The notes under the pieces were generated by a model. The model saw nothing but the letters and a program-made list of their open reading frames with translations. It was not told the origin of the DNA and searched no databases. DNA of 64,000 nucleotides from Gemmataceae bacterium (GTDB taxonomy: Bacteria > Planctomycetota > Planctomycetia > Gemmatales > Gemmataceae): the NCBI GenBank assembly GCA_003136315.1, contig PLDW01000516.1, forward strand, positions 53,086-117,085. The letters run 5' to 3'. The position numbers and the translations under genes are program-made. This document shows positions 25,292-34,864 of this stretch, in pieces (positions within the stretch are counted from its first letter, which is position 1; the number at the start of each line of letters is the position of its first letter).

Positions 25292-28200
25292 TTACGGCGG
25301 ACTCGGTCCGTCGTCCTTGCGTTGCCGTTCCTGAGCGATTTGCTCCTGAAACGTCATCGGCGGCTTGCTGGGTGAATCCTGTGAAGATATCGGTGCCGGG
25401 GCTGCCCCCGATTCTGCTTCTGCATCAGCGTCTATCGCTGCATCGGCTGGGGGAGGTGATTCGGCCCGCCGACGAATCCGGGCGGTGACGGGTTCCTCGG
25501 CGGTGGATTGCTTTTGCCGGACGCGATGCGGCGTGGCGTCGACGCTGTTGGCGGCTTTGAGCGTCTTGATGCGTTCGGCGAGATCGGACACGCTTGGTGC
25601 TTCGTCTTTGCCTGGCTCATGGGGTGGGCTGGAAAGGCCCGCTTTGAGCTGGTCACGCAGGCTCGTCAGTTCAAACAGGTAGGCGTCGAGCGTGAAGGGC
25701 GTGCCGAGACGTGCCTGGTAGTCGTGGAGCTGGGCCTCGGCGATGGCGAGGTCTTGCCGCACACGGTCGCAATCGGGGCCGTAGCCGCTGGCGAGACGGT
25801 CGAGGGCGTTGAGGACGGCACGCGGTCCCTGGTGGTCGCGGGATAGTGTGGTTGAGCGGCTGGTGCTGCCTTCGAGATAGACATCGGGCGGGAATTGTGG
25901 GTTCAACACCATCCCGAAACGCAGGCCCCGGTAGGTGCCAAACGGGATGCGGGTCCGCTCCTGGACATGCTTGGGCAATGTTTCCAGTTTTCCGGCGAGT
26001 ATCTCGGGGAGGGCGTTGGCCGCGTAGCTGCGGCCACCGATGGCGGTGGCGTCGCGGGCGTGCGCTCTCGCGGTCGCCTCGTCGGCCGTGTGTTTCGCTA
26101 ACCGATCGGACATGCTGGCGATGCTTCCCGGCAAGTCCCGCACGCTGCGGCGGGCGACATACTGTTCATCGAGATGGTTCTTCTTGAGCTGGGTGAGCCG
26201 TTGCAATTCGGCATCGGCTTCGGCGAGGGTGAGTACCGCCGGGTTGCCGGAGGCGATCGCCTTGACCTCGGCGTAGCTCAGTTCCTGGCTGCCGATGTCC
26301 TCGGCACGACGCAGTGCATTTTCGCCGGACATGACTTGCGAGATAAACCGCGCCTTGGTCTCCAACGCCTGCCACATATAAGAATCAAATGATTGTTCTG
26401 TCACATAGCGGTAGATCGCCACTTCCTCATTCTCGTTACCTTGACGAAGGATGCGGCCCTCGCGTTGCTCGACCTCCGCCGGTTTCCACGGGGCGTCGAG
26501 GTGATGCAGCGCCACCAGGCGTTTCTGGACGTTGGTGCCGGTGCCCATTTTCTGCGTGCTGCCGATCAGCACCCGCACCGAACCGTTTCGCACCTTCTCG
26601 AACAGGGCCTGTTTCTTGGCGTCGGATTCGGCGTCGCCGATGGCGGCGATCTGCTCACGCGGGATGCCTTTCGCGACCAGCTTGGTGATGATCTCGTCGT
26701 AGGGCGAATACCCCCACGGGGTAGGATTCACCCCCATGTCGGCGAAGATCATCTGCGTGCCGCGCGTCGCGGCGGATTTCTCCCAGTTGGCGATGACATT
26801 GCCGACGAGGCGGTTGACCTTCGATTCGGGGAAGTCGGCTGCCGTGGGCGACAGCATCCGGGCGTCGGTGGCGAGCTTCCTGCCATCGGTGGTGATGGCC
26901 AGCGCGTTGTCTTCCCTCGGGTCGACTTTCTGCGAGCGGATGCGCTCGTAGCGTGCGACCAGTTCCTGCTGGAGGGCGTGCTGCTCGTCGGACATCGGGC
27001 AGGCGACGACGATGGGCTTGCCCGTTTCCAGGCGGGGACGCGGCAGGTTCAGCATCTCGGGGGTCTGCACGTCGGAGAATGCCCGGAACATCTGCTGGAG
27101 TTCCGGCAGGTTGGTGAAGCGGGCGAACCGGCTGCGTGGCCTGAGCCCCGCACCGTCGGGAGATATTTCCATTGTGTCGATGACTTCGCCGAACGTGGCC
27201 GCCCAGGCGTCGAAATGCTCCAGCCCGCGGCTGCGCAACCCTTCCGGATCGAGGAAGCGTTGTAGTGTAAATAATTCCACCATAGTATTGGAAATCGGGG
27301 TGCCGGTGGCGAACGTCACCCCGTGGCCGGCGTGCTGCTCGTCGAGATAACGGGCTTTCATGTAGACGTCGAACGCTCGTTCCGATCCTCCGGTCTGGAT
27401 GCCAGCAACTCGTTCCATCTTCGTCGGCGTCTCAAGATTCTTAAAATAGTGCGCTTCATCAATAAAAATATGATCAATGCCAAGTTCATCAAAGACAAGA
27501 CCATCATCCTTCTTGTCCTCGGCAAGAAGCTGTTTCAGCTTCTCCTCGCGGGCAGCCTTCTGCTTTTCGATGGGCTTGATGAGGTTGCGGCCCACTCCCT
27601 TGGCCCCGGCATGTTCGCGTAAGAGTTCGTCATATTCGGCGATCTGCTCACGGAGGAACTTCTCCTGATATTCCGGCGAGAGGCCGATGCGCTCGAACGA
27701 AGAATGAGTGACGATAATGCCGTCCCACTCACCGCTGGCCATCTTGGCGGTCAGGAACTTGCGGCGGTGGCGGGTCAAGTCTTCCTTGGCGGCGACGAGG
27801 AGCTTGGCGTTGGGGTAGAGTTGCATGAATTCGCGTGAGAACTGCTCCAAGAGGTGGTTGGGCACCACGTACATCGGCTTCTTGATGAGCCCGGCCTGCT
27901 TCATCTTCATGCCGCTCGCGGCCATCGTAAAGGTTTTGCCCGCGCCGACCGTGTGAGCCAAAAGCGTGTTGCCGGAACTCATGCCGCGCCAGACGGCGTC
28001 GTTCTGGTGCGGACGCAGGTGGATGGCCTGGTTCATGCCGGGGAAGTCGAGATGTCCACCGTCGAACAGGCGGGGCCGCAAATTGTTGTAAGTGTCGTTA
28101 TAAAGCCGGACCAACTGTTCGGTGCGCTGCGGATCGGTGAACACCCAGGCGCGGAACTTCTCCTTGATGAGTTTCTGTTTCTCGCGGGCGGCCAACGTCG

Positions 28201-31200
28201 CTTCCTGGTTGACCACACGCTCCTCGCGGTCGCCGTCATGGAGCGTGTCGTAGATGGTGGGCGATTTCATGTTGAGGGCGAGTTCGAGCAGCCAGGTGCC
28301 GTTGGCTCGCGGCGTCCCGAACTCGGAAGTGGCAGCGACCGACGCCTTGGCGGCGTAGTCGGCCTCCAGGCTCCACACCGCGTCCTTCTTCAAATGGGCG
28401 ACTGGGACGCTGGAGGGAGCGACGTGGAATAGCTCGGCGGCGAATGACTGGATGTCGCGCTCCGGTATCCACGGCGCTCCGAGATTGGCGTCGATGTCGC
28501 CGGGCAGCACGTCCTCGGGCTGCACTGCCCTGAGCGCTTTCACATTGCGGGCGTAAGCCGGACCGGCCGCCTCGGCGGCGGCGAGCTTGGCCCGCACGTT
28601 GCCGGAAAGGTAGTCATCGGCCGTCTCCCATTTCTTGGCCTCGGGGCTGGGAAAGATGAGGTCGCCCAGTTCGGTGACGATCTGTGCTTTCGGCTTGCCG
28701 TAGAGGGTGCCGATGAAGGGCAGATCGACTGCGCCACGTTGGTTCAAGGACACAAGCAACCCTTCCTCGGCGCTGCCCACCTGCGTGACGGGCGGGGTTT
28801 TGCCGACCACGTCCCGGGCCATGATGGCGGCCTTGGCCGCCTTGCCGGTCATCTCGTCATAATCCTCCAGCGACATGACCAGCATGGCGTCGGGGTCTTC
28901 GCGGAACTTGACGATGTTGGGCATCCGCCGGATGGGAGTGCCATCGGCGGTCTCGCCGAAGGTGGTCTTGTTGACCGGCCCGTAAGTGGCCACGAACAGG
29001 TCATAGGCGCGGCCCAGTTCGAGGCGTGCCTCCGCGCGGTTGGAATCGGGCCAGCCTTCGTTCTGGGATTGCAGGACGCGGCGGGCGTGGTCGCGCAGCC
29101 CCACCAGCGCCGCCAGGCGTTTGCCGGTCATGGTGCCGTCGGACTTCAGGGTCGTGCCGCCATAGACCACGGGCACGCCCTGTCCGCCTTCGATCTGGTA
29201 GATGATGCGGTCGTTGCCGATGTAGAAGCTTCCCTCGGTGATGTGCCGCTCGGGCGGCGGCGGGACAAAGGCTACCCCCACCGCAGGGCGGGGTCCGGTA
29301 CTTTCCTCAACCAGACCCCGCGACACGCGCGGGGATTCGGGCAGGCGGCCGATGGCTGCCTTGAGCTTTTCGCCTAGATCGCCATTGCTGGTGACGCTGT
29401 AGCCTTCCCCGCCATAGAGCGTGTCCTTGCGGCTCCATTTACCAAGGACCATTTGCGGGTGGTTCAAAAAGTAGCGGTTGACGGGAACCTCTGCGCCAGC
29501 GATCGCAAGCGGTGCGACGCCCAGCCAGTCGGGATCGACATGGTGGGCAGGCTCGCCCCGGTCACGCTTGCGAAGGAAGACGATGTCGGTCACCACGCCG
29601 GTTCCTTCACGCTTGAACGCATCCGACGGTAAACGGACCGCCCCGACGAAGTCGGCCTTGGAGGCGAGGTATTCGCGAACTGCCGAGTTCTGTTTGTCTA
29701 ACGTGTAATGGCTAGTCACCAGCGCCAGCACCCCGCCGGGTTTCAGGGCATCAATGGACTTGGCGAAGAAGTAATCGTGCAGGGAGAGCTTCTGCCCCTG
29801 GTAGTCGAGCTTGAGGTCGGCAAACGGCACGTTGCCGATGACGGCGTCGATGCGGTCCTTGGGTAGCTTTGTGTCACGGAAATTCTCGATACGGATGTCG
29901 TGTTCGGGATGGATGGCTTTGGCGATGCGCCCGGAGATGGTATCCATCTCGACGCCGATGAAGCGGTTTCCCGGCTTGCCCTGGCCCATGAAATTGCCCG
30001 TTCCGCACCCCGGCTCCAGGATCGTGGCGGCATCGGGAACGCCGAGGCGGGCGATGGCCTCGTGGATGGAGGCGATGACGGTGGGGGAGGTGTAGAAGGC
30101 GTTGAAGGTGGTGCGCTTGGCCGAATCATACTCCTGGGGGGTAAGCAGCGACGTCAGCTCAACGCCGAGGAACTGCCAGCCTGCGTCCTTGTATCTGCCA
30201 GTGACCGGATCGGGAAAGATCGACAGGGCGACCGGTCCGAAGCCCGAGAAACGGGCCAGCGTTTGCTTCTCCTCGGGCGTTGCTGCCCGGTGTTCCTGCT
30301 CGATGGCTTTCACGGTGCGGATGGCGGCAATTATGTCGTGGGCCTTGGTCTTCTCCCCGCTTGCCAGGTGCGCAGGTGTCCCGCCTACCGGACGGTCGGG
30401 CCTGGGTTCAATCTGGGTTGTCGGCTCCGGCGGCGCAATCGGTATGAATGGGAGTGGTGGTGTGTCGAAATCAAATCTGAGCTGGCTTCTTGTCACTGGA
30501 CTGTCTCCTTCAAGCGTTACCGGCCCCGCTGTCGGGGCCTGACGGTACGCGGAAGAATCAGCCTCAGTCCGGGGCTGTGCTCGCGGAGCGACCGTGCCAG
30601 CGGAAACTGGGGGGAGGCCTTCAGGGGGAACCGGGTTTCCGCTTGCACGGCCCGGCGGGCTGATTAGCGTGCCGTCGCTTATGGCCCCAGGCGGGGTCGG
30701 CGAGGCGGAAGATGTGTCGTCGGAACGTGCATCAAATAGGGTCGGCTGACGGGAAGCCTTTACTTTTTCAGCGAATGAGTTCGCACGTAGGCCATCGCCT
30801 GGTCGAGCGATAATGCTTCCTGGCCGTCCCGAGGTGACCCGTTCGACAAACGATCTTCCAGCTCCTTCAGCGCCAACTCCAGCGCTTCGCTGGCGATCTG
30901 GCTCTCCTCGCTGCCCGGTCTCGCCTGGGCGAGCGTCTCCTTCCAGGCCAGGTGCAGACTCCTCAGTTCGCGGGCGTAATGCTCCATTGTCGGAAGCAAC
31001 TGCCTCTGCCGGCGAAGCGGGTCGTAGATCTCCGGGTGCTGCTCCAGGAGTTGAAGCACGATGGTCTTGTACTGCATTGGGGCCTCCTTCAAGGGGTGAG
31101 GTTACACGGTCTTGGTGGTCCGTTAAAGCGGTTTGATCAGCAGGCGAGTCGTCCGGGTCAAGCGAGAAAGGCAGGGAGGGCTGATGAGGACGGCGTGACT

Positions 31201-31210
31201 TGCGTGCCAT
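25292..31210 (-). CDS. large adenine methylase-SNF2 helicase fusion of ICE/plasmid leading regions (start uncertain)
   Basis: Methylase motifs ILEPGCGTGNF and IGNVPF; helicase motifs HTVGAGKT, DEAH, ATGTPISN, STQKMGTGTNVQ, QREGRILRQGN. Confidence 0.92.
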   Translation of the reverse strand: MARKSRRPHQPSLPFSLDPDDSPADQTALTDHQDRVTSPLEGGPNAVQDHRASTPGAAPGDLRPASPAEAVASDNGALRPRTEESAPGLEGDARPGETGQRGEPDRQRSAGVGAEGAGRSFVERVTSGRPGSIIARPGDGLRANSFAEKVKASRQPTLFDARSDDTSSASPTPPGAISDGTLISPPGRASGNPVPPEGLPPVSAGTVAPRAQPRTEADSSAYRQAPTAGPVTLEGDSPVTRSQLRFDFDTPPLPFIPIAPPEPTTQIEPRPDRPVGGTPAHLASGEKTKAHDIIAAIRTVKAIEQEHRAATPEEKQTLARFSGFGPVALSIFPDPVTGRYKDAGWQFLGVELTSLLTPQEYDSAKRTTFNAFYTSPTVIASIHEAIARLGVPDAATILEPGCGTGNFMGQGKPGNRFIGVEMDTISGRIAKAIHPEHDIRIENFRDTKLPKDRIDAVIGNVPFADLKLDYQGQKLSLHDYFFAKSIDALKPGGVLALVTSHYTLDKQNSAVREYLASKADFVGAVRLPSDAFKREGTGVVTDIVFLRKRDRGEPAHHVDPDWLGVAPLAIAGAEVPVNRYFLNHPQMVLGKWSRKDTLYGGEGYSVTSNGDLGEKLKAAIGRLPESPRVSRGLVEESTGPRPAVGVAFVPPPPERHITEGSFYIGNDRIIYQIEGGQGVPVVYGGTTLKSDGTMTGKRLAALVGLRDHARRVLQSQNEGWPDSNRAEARLELGRAYDLFVATYGPVNKTTFGETADGTPIRRMPNIVKFREDPDAMLVMSLEDYDEMTGKAAKAAIMARDVVGKTPPVTQVGSAEEGLLVSLNQRGAVDLPFIGTLYGKPKAQIVTELGDLIFPSPEAKKWETADDYLSGNVRAKLAAAEAAGPAYARNVKALRAVQPEDVLPGDIDANLGAPWIPERDIQSFAAELFHVAPSSVPVAHLKKDAVWSLEADYAAKASVAATSEFGTPRANGTWLLELALNMKSPTIYDTLHDGDREERVVNQEATLAAREKQKLIKEKFRAWVFTDPQRTEQLVRLYNDTYNNLRPRLFDGGHLDFPGMNQAIHLRPHQNDAVWRGMSSGNTLLAHTVGAGKTFTMAASGMKMKQAGLIKKPMYVVPNHLLEQFSREFMQLYPNAKLLVAAKEDLTRHRRKFLTAKMASGEWDGIIVTHSSFERIGLSPEYQEKFLREQIAEYDELLREHAGAKGVGRNLIKPIEKQKAAREEKLKQLLAEDKKDDGLVFDELGIDHIFIDEAHYFKNLETPTKMERVAGIQTGGSERAFDVYMKARYLDEQHAGHGVTFATGTPISNTMVELFTLQRFLDPEGLRSRGLEHFDAWAATFGEVIDTMEISPDGAGLRPRSRFARFTNLPELQQMFRAFSDVQTPEMLNLPRPRLETGKPIVVACPMSDEQHALQQELVARYERIRSQKVDPREDNALAITTDGRKLATDARMLSPTAADFPESKVNRLVGNVIANWEKSAATRGTQMIFADMGVNPTPWGYSPYDEIITKLVAKGIPREQIAAIGDAESDAKKQALFEKVRNGSVRVLIGSTQKMGTGTNVQKRLVALHHLDAPWKPAEVEQREGRILRQGNENEEVAIYRYVTEQSFDSYMWQALETKARFISQVMSGENALRRAEDIGSQELSYAEVKAIASGNPAVLTLAEADAELQRLTQLKKNHLDEQYVARRSVRDLPGSIASMSDRLAKHTADEATARAHARDATAIGGRSYAANALPEILAGKLETLPKHVQERTRIPFGTYRGLRFGMVLNPQFPPDVYLEGSTSRSTTLSRDHQGPRAVLNALDRLASGYGPDCDRVRQDLAIAEAQLHDYQARLGTPFTLDAYLFELTSLRDQLKAGLSSPPHEPGKDEAPSVSDLAERIKTLKAANSVDATPHRVRQKQSTAEEPVTARIRRRAESPPPADAAIDADAEAESGAAPAPISSQDSPSKPPMTFQEQIAQERQRKDDGPSPP
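30760..31077 (-). CDS. small helical protein (TnpV-like?) nested in an alternative frame of the helicase ORF
   Basis: MQYKTIVLQLLEQHPEIYDPLRR...; AAGGAGG RBS just upstream of ATG 31077. Confidence 0.65.
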   Translation of the reverse strand: MQYKTIVLQLLEQHPEIYDPLRRQRQLLPTMEHYARELRSLHLAWKETLAQARPGSEESQIASEALELALKELEDRLSNGSPRDGQEALSLDQAMAYVRTHSLKK

Positions 31211-32644
31211 AGGTCAGGGCCAGCCTTCCCCTCCGCCGGCATGCCGCGGAGGGCGTCCGGCAATGAAGAGCAAGGAGCCGGAGGCCAGGTATTGCCGCTG
31301 GGAAATGAGAGGGTTTTGAGATGTGGACATAGGCAAATTATAACACTGTTAAAAACGTCGTGCAATAGACTGAGTGCGGGTTACGACGTTATCACATACG
31401 CCAAAGCCGCAGAAAACAAGGCATTAGCGACGTCCATATAGAAGGAGAGTCGCGGAAACACTGGCTTGTGAGCGTGGTCGAAACCACGCTCGCCGGTTAC
31501 AACCGGCGACAGTGCAGCGAACCGGAACGCGGCAGCCGGCGCATCGGCCCCGAGGCAGCCGCGAGCGCGCTGCCGAGGGCGAGCAAACGGCTGGAACCGT
31601 TCCAGCCGGCCTATGCAACGCATAGGGAAGACGCCTGTACACACAGATGGGATAGCAGCAGCAAAAAACCGCGCCCCGCTTCCGGGGACACGATGCTCCC
31701 GCAGGGGGCTGCCTCTTCGGGCAGCGACAGGTTGGCAGGGGGGGATGATGCAGCCAGCCCCGGCGATGCCGTCGCTGGGAACGACCTATGGCTGACACTC
31801 GCCGGAGAGCGAGTCGGAAAGCAAGCAAGACGTGCCGTCTGGAAATGAAACTGCCCGGTCTGATCGCACGCGATCAACCGGGACAGAGGCAAAGTGGCAA
31901 GGGGGGAGCGGAGTCAAGGACGGCCGGGGTGGAGGAAACCCGTCTGCACAAGCGAGGCTTTGCGAGCGCGGAAGCTGGGGAGGAGCCGCCCCGGACGCCG
32001 AAGGGTATCCTTGACATCGCGGGGGATTCACCCCCTGTCTTTGCATCTGGGGGCTGGTGGCTGCTGGACAGGGGGGCCGGTTGAGGCGCTGCCGTTCTCA
32101 GCGGTCTTCTGGAATCGAAACGGCCGTTACGGAGTGGTGGGAAGCGATACCACCTGGCGGTAAATCCGCCCCTTCGCCCCCTCCGTCGCCGTCGGCCGCC
32201 GTCGCCGTGCCCTCGTCGGCACGGGGCACGGCGACGGCGTGCCAGAGGCGATAAGGAGGGGGCGTGTCTTACCCCCCTCTTGAGCCAGAGGTTGACCTGA
32301 GCCGGGGCAGGGCATGGTTGGTGGGCATACAGGGAGGGTGTGGGAACCGCAGGTTCCCGCAAAAGAAATACTGTTGCTCCTGCACCTTCGACGGGCGATG
32401 ACTGCACGAGCGGGGGCTTTGCGGAGTGTGGAAGCGAGGGATTCACCCCCTTTGGTTGAGCCAGGGGGATGGATTCCAAAGAGGTTGGATCAAGAGAACT
32501 CGGGGTACGGAAGCCAAGCCCAGCCGCTGACGAGAGCAGGGTCAGGCGGGTGATGCCGGACTTGGAAACTGTTCTCTTGCGCGCAACGCACGATCGCGTT
32601 TCGCCGGAGGAGGAAAAGGTGAGGAGACTGTCCTGCGGAGCAGG

Positions 32645-32965
32645 TCAGGAATTTCGAACATGTGGGGAGGCGAAGCGGTCCATAAGGCGGGCCGGGTCGC
32701 TTCGCAAGAGAAAGAGAGCCTCAACCTCGATGCGATCCTGGCGGATACGGAAAAAGAGTCCATAAGGAAAGCGGCGAACCAGGGCTCGGTGAACCTCGGG
32801 CAGGATCATTGCGAACGCCTCGGGGTGGTCGACGATTCGATCAAGAGCCTGTTCAACGCAAAGTACGAGGTCATTACCGAGTCCAGGTCGGAGGGCGTTG
32901 TACCAGGCAGCCGCGTTTTCTAGGTCGGTTTCGGTCAGGGTCGAGACAACCAGAGTGCGGATCAT
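32645..32965 (-). CDS. parE: RelE/ParE-family toxin
   Basis: ETDLENAAAWY....GLG...V..ALDRI..HP......VHRALVRRFPYGLFFRI; ATGA overlap with antitoxin. Confidence 0.88.
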   Translation of the reverse strand: MIRTLVVSTLTETDLENAAAWYNALRPGLGNDLVLCVEQALDRIVDHPEAFAMILPEVHRALVRRFPYGLFFRIRQDRIEVEALFLLRSDPARLMDRFASPHVRNS

Positions 32966-33186
32966 TTCGGCTGGAGAAGCCGGCGCTTGACGTCGGGCCA
33001 CGGGGAGTAGGTTGTTTCTCCCCGATCGGAGGCAGCCAAGCGGCGGTGAAGCTCCTCCATCTGCGCGGAAGTAAGGGATGGAGCATCCTGTTCGCTGGAA
33101 ACACTGTCCCAAAGGTCTTCGGCCAGCAGAATACGTTCGGCGGGACTCAGATGCGAAAAATCAAACGGCCGCGATGTGTGACTCAT
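32962..33186 (-). CDS. addiction-module antitoxin
   Basis: LSPAERILLAEDLWDSV..LTSAQMEELHRRL..SPWPDVKRRL pattern. Confidence 0.88.
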   Translation of the reverse strand: MSHTSRPFDFSHLSPAERILLAEDLWDSVSSEQDAPSLTSAQMEELHRRLAASDRGETTYSPWPDVKRRLLQPK

Positions 33187-33369
33187 AGACTACCTTTCTT
33201 ATACAAGACTAGCACATAGCCGCGACAAATGTCAAATCATGCTCCGTCCTTTCCATGTCCCTTCCGTGTGGGATTGATGGGGTATCCAGAGGGGATCGCA
33301 ACACAACCAGCCTCCACCAATCTCGGGATTACCGGTCTTTCGCAGTATGGGGCTGGGGTGCCACCGTTC

Positions 33370-33642
33370 TCAGTAGTCTTCGGGGAGCAAAACGGTCGTG
33401 ACAGACCGGTCGGCTTCGGTAATGACCCATAAGCGTTGGTCACCCTGCCCGTAGGCCGAAAACAGCCTGTCACCATCGCGCAGGGCTTCCTCATTTGCCA
33501 GCGTATCTTCCGGGCAAAGGTCGCCCCAGTCGCCGGAGGCATGGCGCATCAGCGCGGTCATGACCTCCTCGGTCGTAAGCCGCAGGCTGGCATTCGCCGT
33601 GATGACCAGTTGGCCCAATGGGAAGCGAACGGGGCGGGTCAT
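33370..33642 (-). CDS. conserved plasmid/ICE leading-region protein
   Basis: FPLGQLVIT..RHASGDWGDLCPED..NEEAL..GDRLFSAY..WVITEADRSVTTVLLPEDY. Confidence 0.85.
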   Translation of the reverse strand: MTRPVRFPLGQLVITANASLRLTTEEVMTALMRHASGDWGDLCPEDTLANEEALRDGDRLFSAYGQGDQRLWVITEADRSVTTVLLPEDY

Positions 33643-34562
33643 GCCGCGACTCCGATATCAAGCCCCTGATCCATTGCCCCGCCGGGTTGCAGCCCATGCA
33701 GGAAATCGACGGCCCGCTGGGCATGGGCGGCGGCCTGGAAGATGGCGCGTTTGTCCTCCTTCAGAACGGCCAGCCAGTGGCCGAGGTAAGCGGCGTGGTC
33801 GTCGCGGATCTCCGGCGTGATGCCGAGATCGCAGCACAGGAACGCGGCCCCGATCTCCGCCACCAACTCTTCGCGGGCATAACCTTCGTCGCCAAACCTC
33901 CTCCGCCCGAACTCCCGGTTGAGGCGGGTCGGGTGTTTGGTCCAGTGGGTCATCTCGTGGGCCAGCGTCGAGCTATAGCTCTCGGCATCCTTGAAGGAGA
34001 CGAAGGGCGGCATCTGCACATAGTCCGGGTCGGGGGCGTAATACGCCTGGTTCCCGCCGTGGCGGATGTCGGCACCGGTTTGCGCGAAGAACCGGTCGGC
34101 CGCCTCGATCCGCTGCACCGGGTCGATCTGCGGTGCGGCAGGGGCGTAGAAGTGGGGAGGTAACCCCTCGATCTGCTCGACATTGAAGACGGTGTAGCCC
34201 TTCATGAAAAAGATGTCCCGCTCGTTCTCCTGGCCGTCCTCGGCGGTCTCGGTTTTGGTGATGCGGTCGGCGTAGACGACGAGCGTTCCCTTCGAGCCCT
34301 TCATCACGCTGGCCTTCAGTTCCTTGGCCTGGTTGAAGGTCATCCAAATGGGGGCGGAGAAATTCTGGTTCATGGCCGATGTCCAGAGCATCAGCACATT
34401 GATGCCCTTGTAGGGCTGGCCGCCCGCCCGCAAGGGTCGGGTGATGCGTCCGGCGGCGTGCTCGGCGTTCCACGGCTTGTGCCAGGGACGGACGCCTTGT
34501 TCGAGGTCGGCGATGATGGCGTTGGTCACGCGCGTGTAAAGATCAGTGCGGTTCGTCGTCAT
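33639..34562 (-). CDS. ardC: ArdC-family antirestriction / ssDNA-binding protein with zincin-like domain
   Basis: PWHKPW, YKGINVLML, WMTFNQA, VFNVEQ, AHEMTHWT, YAREELVAE, HAAYL..WL. Confidence 0.93.
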   Translation of the reverse strand: MTTNRTDLYTRVTNAIIADLEQGVRPWHKPWNAEHAAGRITRPLRAGGQPYKGINVLMLWTSAMNQNFSAPIWMTFNQAKELKASVMKGSKGTLVVYADRITKTETAEDGQENERDIFFMKGYTVFNVEQIEGLPPHFYAPAAPQIDPVQRIEAADRFFAQTGADIRHGGNQAYYAPDPDYVQMPPFVSFKDAESYSSTLAHEMTHWTKHPTRLNREFGRRRFGDEGYAREELVAEIGAAFLCCDLGITPEIRDDHAAYLGHWLAVLKEDKRAIFQAAAHAQRAVDFLHGLQPGGAMDQGLDIGVAA

Positions 34563-34810
34563 GGGCGCGACTCCTTCCGGCTTGACTGTTCAAGCATCTC
34601 GTCGGGAGGCGCGAGCAGTTCATAGGGGTTGTCGTCGAAGAGCCGGGCGAAAGGCACCAGCTCGTAGTCCGGGCCGGAGCGGTTGACGGCGCACAGGACG
34701 TAGACGGGCTTTCCCGTCGCCCGCTCGTGGCATTCGAGCAGGCAGGCGGCACCGTCGCTGAACGCCTGCTGTAACGTGTTGAAATTGTCTCGGTAGGGTT
34801 GCGGTATCAT
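34559..34810 (-). CDS. DUF6117-like protein
   Basis: NFNTLQQAF.DG..CLLEC...GKPVYVLCAV....LVPFARL..NPYE. Confidence 0.75.
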   Translation of the reverse strand: MIPQPYRDNFNTLQQAFSDGAACLLECHERATGKPVYVLCAVNRSGPDYELVPFARLFDDNPYELLAPPDEMLEQSSRKESRP

Positions 34811-34864
34811 GGGTGGATTCCTTTCCAAAAGAATGGGCGGGTATCGCTACCCGCCCTTGGGTTA

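Noticed and set aside
25365-30667. Long + strand ORFs opposite the methylase-helicase (e.g. 26393-27265, 27854-28432, 28739-29377, 29900-30667)
   Set aside because: Antisense shadows of a GC-rich gene, with no motifs.
31381-32553. Numerous 60-200 aa ORFs on both strands
   Set aside because: Low-complexity, mutually overlapping, no RBS or motifs; the region is better explained as structured non-coding DNA.
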